DNA of 28,195 nt from a virus (taxonomy: Duplodnaviria > Caudoviricetes), in the IMG/VR virus record IMGVR_UViG_3300044233_001111, positions 1 through 28,195 of that record, one strand, 5' to 3'. The notes beneath the pieces were generated by a model. The model was not told the origin of the DNA and searched no databases. It saw only the letters and a program-made list of their open reading frames with translations. Position numbers and translations under genes: made by a program. This document shows positions 26,638-28,195 of the stretch, piece by piece (position 1 is the first letter of the stretch; each line of letters starts with the position of its first letter).

Positions 26638-27675
26638 ATGCCATATATAGGACAAGGTGCAGATGGATTTGGGATACGAAGGAGATTTTTCTTTACTGCT
26701 TCTGCTGGTGATACCAGTGTAAGTGGTACAGATAATAATGGCCTTACGTTAGCATTTACTGATGGTTCATTGGTAGACGTTTTTTTAAATGGTGTATTAC
26801 TTGATCCTAATTCAGATTATAATACGTCCACTACAAACACAATAGGAAGTATTGCTTCACTTGCACTAAATGATTTTATAGAGGTGATAGTATATGATGT
26901 GTTTGCAGTTGGTGATGCTGTATCTGCATCAACTGGTGGTACGTTCAATTCTGGGATAAGTGTTACTGGAAGTATCACTGCAACCACAGACATAACTGCA
27001 ACTGGGGGAATGTCTGCACAGTCAGAGGATGTTTTTCAAAATCGTAGAATACAAATAAATGCATCTGCGAATGATACTGATGAGGGTTCTTTTTTACTGT
27101 TAGATAGAACAGATAGTGGTGGATCAGATGCTGGAGAAAATATAGTTTTTGAAGGAGACACACTCTTCTTAACAACAACAAAAGAAGATGACTTTATTGT
27201 TTTAGAGGATAATGATACACAAGGATTTCTAAATCTAGAAACTTCATTTAAATTTAAGGCAGAGGATAACACAGTATCAACGACAGATGGTCTGACAATT
27301 ACTGGTGCAGCAGAGATACCAAATATAAGAACACATACAAACTTTGATGCTGGTGCATCACAAGACATTAAAGATTTAGGAAGTTCAACTGGAACAGTAG
27401 TTTTAGATTTGAATGAAAATGCTAACTTTCAAATTACTTTAACTGGTAATCTAACTTTAGCAAATCCAACATCACTTACTGCTGGTACGTCTGGTAGTAT
27501 ATTTTTAATACAAGATGGAACTGGGAGTAGGACAGCCACTTTTGGTAGTTCTTTTGATTTTATAGGTGGCACTGCACCGACATTAACAACAGCAGCAAGT
27601 TCAGTGGACAGACTTGACTATATAGTGTTAGATGCTAGTAATATACACGCAGTCGCCACACTTGCGTATTCATAG
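26638..27675 (+). CDS. Tail-fibre/adaptor-like protein, 'MPYIG' paralogue 2
   Basis: 345-aa ORF with the same three-part layout as 22937..23995. Confidence 0.7.
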   Translation: MPYIGQGADGFGIRRRFFFTASAGDTSVSGTDNNGLTLAFTDGSLVDVFLNGVLLDPNSDYNTSTTNTIGSIASLALNDFIEVIVYDVFAVGDAVSASTGGTFNSGISVTGSITATTDITATGGMSAQSEDVFQNRRIQINASANDTDEGSFLLLDRTDSGGSDAGENIVFEGDTLFLTTTKEDDFIVLEDNDTQGFLNLETSFKFKAEDNTVSTTDGLTITGAAEIPNIRTHTNFDAGASQDIKDLGSSTGTVVLDLNENANFQITLTGNLTLANPTSLTAGTSGSIFLIQDGTGSRTATFGSSFDFIGGTAPTLTTAASSVDRLDYIVLDASNIHAVATLAYS

Positions 27676-27684
27676 GAGAGATAG

Positions 27685-28195
27685 ATGGCTTGGGTCATAG
27701 TAGAAGATGGTGCAGTAGTTAGAGAATTTAGTAGACCTACTGCCTTCACATATAAGGATTTACAATATCCTCGCAACTGGATACAAAATGCCACTGATGC
27801 AGAAAAATCTGCGATTGGTTTGGTAGAAGTTACAATATCTGGTGGACAAAAAAGTAGTGATTATTATAATAGTAGTTTGGGTAATCTTGTGATTGCAAGT
27901 GATGGTAGTGTCTCTAGAACTTGGACAAATACTGCAAAGACATTATCAACAGTTCAATCACAAAAAGTTAAAGAAGCAAAAAGAGATGCCAACAATATGT
28001 TATATCATACAGATTGGTATGTTGTTCGTAAGGCAGAAACTGATGTCGCAGTGCCAGGCGAGATCACTGCGTACAGAACTGCTGTGAGAACTTGTTATGG
28101 CAATCTTAAAACTGCAATTAATGCTGCGTCAGACGTAGATGGTGTTGCATCTTTGTATCAACATTCTGCTGGTGCTTCTATCACTGAAAAGACCT
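27685..28195 (+). CDS. Putative tail-fibre assembly chaperone-like protein, 3'-truncated; not in the supplied ORF track
   Basis: AGGAG then ATG at 27685, open to the window end: MAWVIVEDGAVVREFSRPTAFTYKDLQYPRNW...NMLYHTDWYVVRKAETDVAVPGEITAYRTAVR. The L..TDW...YR..(V/L)R pattern resembles fibre assembly chaperones. Confidence 0.7.
   Translation, partial: MAWVIVEDGAVVREFSRPTAFTYKDLQYPRNWIQNATDAEKSAIGLVEVTISGGQKSSDYYNSSLGNLVIASDGSVSRTWTNTAKTLSTVQSQKVKEAKRDANNMLYHTDWYVVRKAETDVAVPGEITAYRTAVRTCYGNLKTAINAASDVDGVASLYQHSAGASITEKT

Noticed and set aside
1007-27368. Numerous minus-strand ORFs in the six-frame track (e.g. 16470..17105, 20637..21035, 4385..4756)
   Set aside because: All overlap convincing + strand genes, and their V/P/S-rich translations are antisense shadows of T/G/D-rich structural genes. 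No family motifs were seen.
27893-28087. 64-aa + strand ORF in the track
   Set aside because: It lies out of frame within the better-supported ORF starting at 27685, which has a Shine-Dalgarno and runs off the window end.
1-28195. Stop-codon reassignment
   Set aside because: TAA, TAG and TGA all end genes at expected family boundaries, and coding density is high under the standard code.

Overview
AT-rich segment of a T4-like (myovirus) phage genome, with every credible gene on the + strand. Gene content resembles marine cyanophage/pelagiphage-type T4-likes (inference; no database search was possible). 1-2476 is an accessory block: four tandem 2OG-Fe(II) oxygenase-fold genes (the first is 5'-truncated, the last two are paralogues), a ClpS N-degron adaptor and tRNA-Arg(UCU). 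From about 2490 a late structural region begins, marked by TATAAATA late promoters: gp5 spike (no lysozyme domain seen), PAAR gp5.4, an unknown 516-aa protein, gp25, gp6, an enlarged gp7, gp8, a 2142-aa VrlC/DUF4815-like protein, then a modular tail-fibre/receptor-binding region running off the 3' end. The best candidates for something undescribed are (i) an acidic motif (ILDGTDxSSSNAGxxI) shared by four different virion proteins, (ii) a cupredoxin-like domain with an amicyanin-spaced H...CxxHxxM site inserted in gp7, and (iii) paired 'MPYIG' adaptor-plus-partner fibre cassettes. All family calls come from motif recognition by eye.
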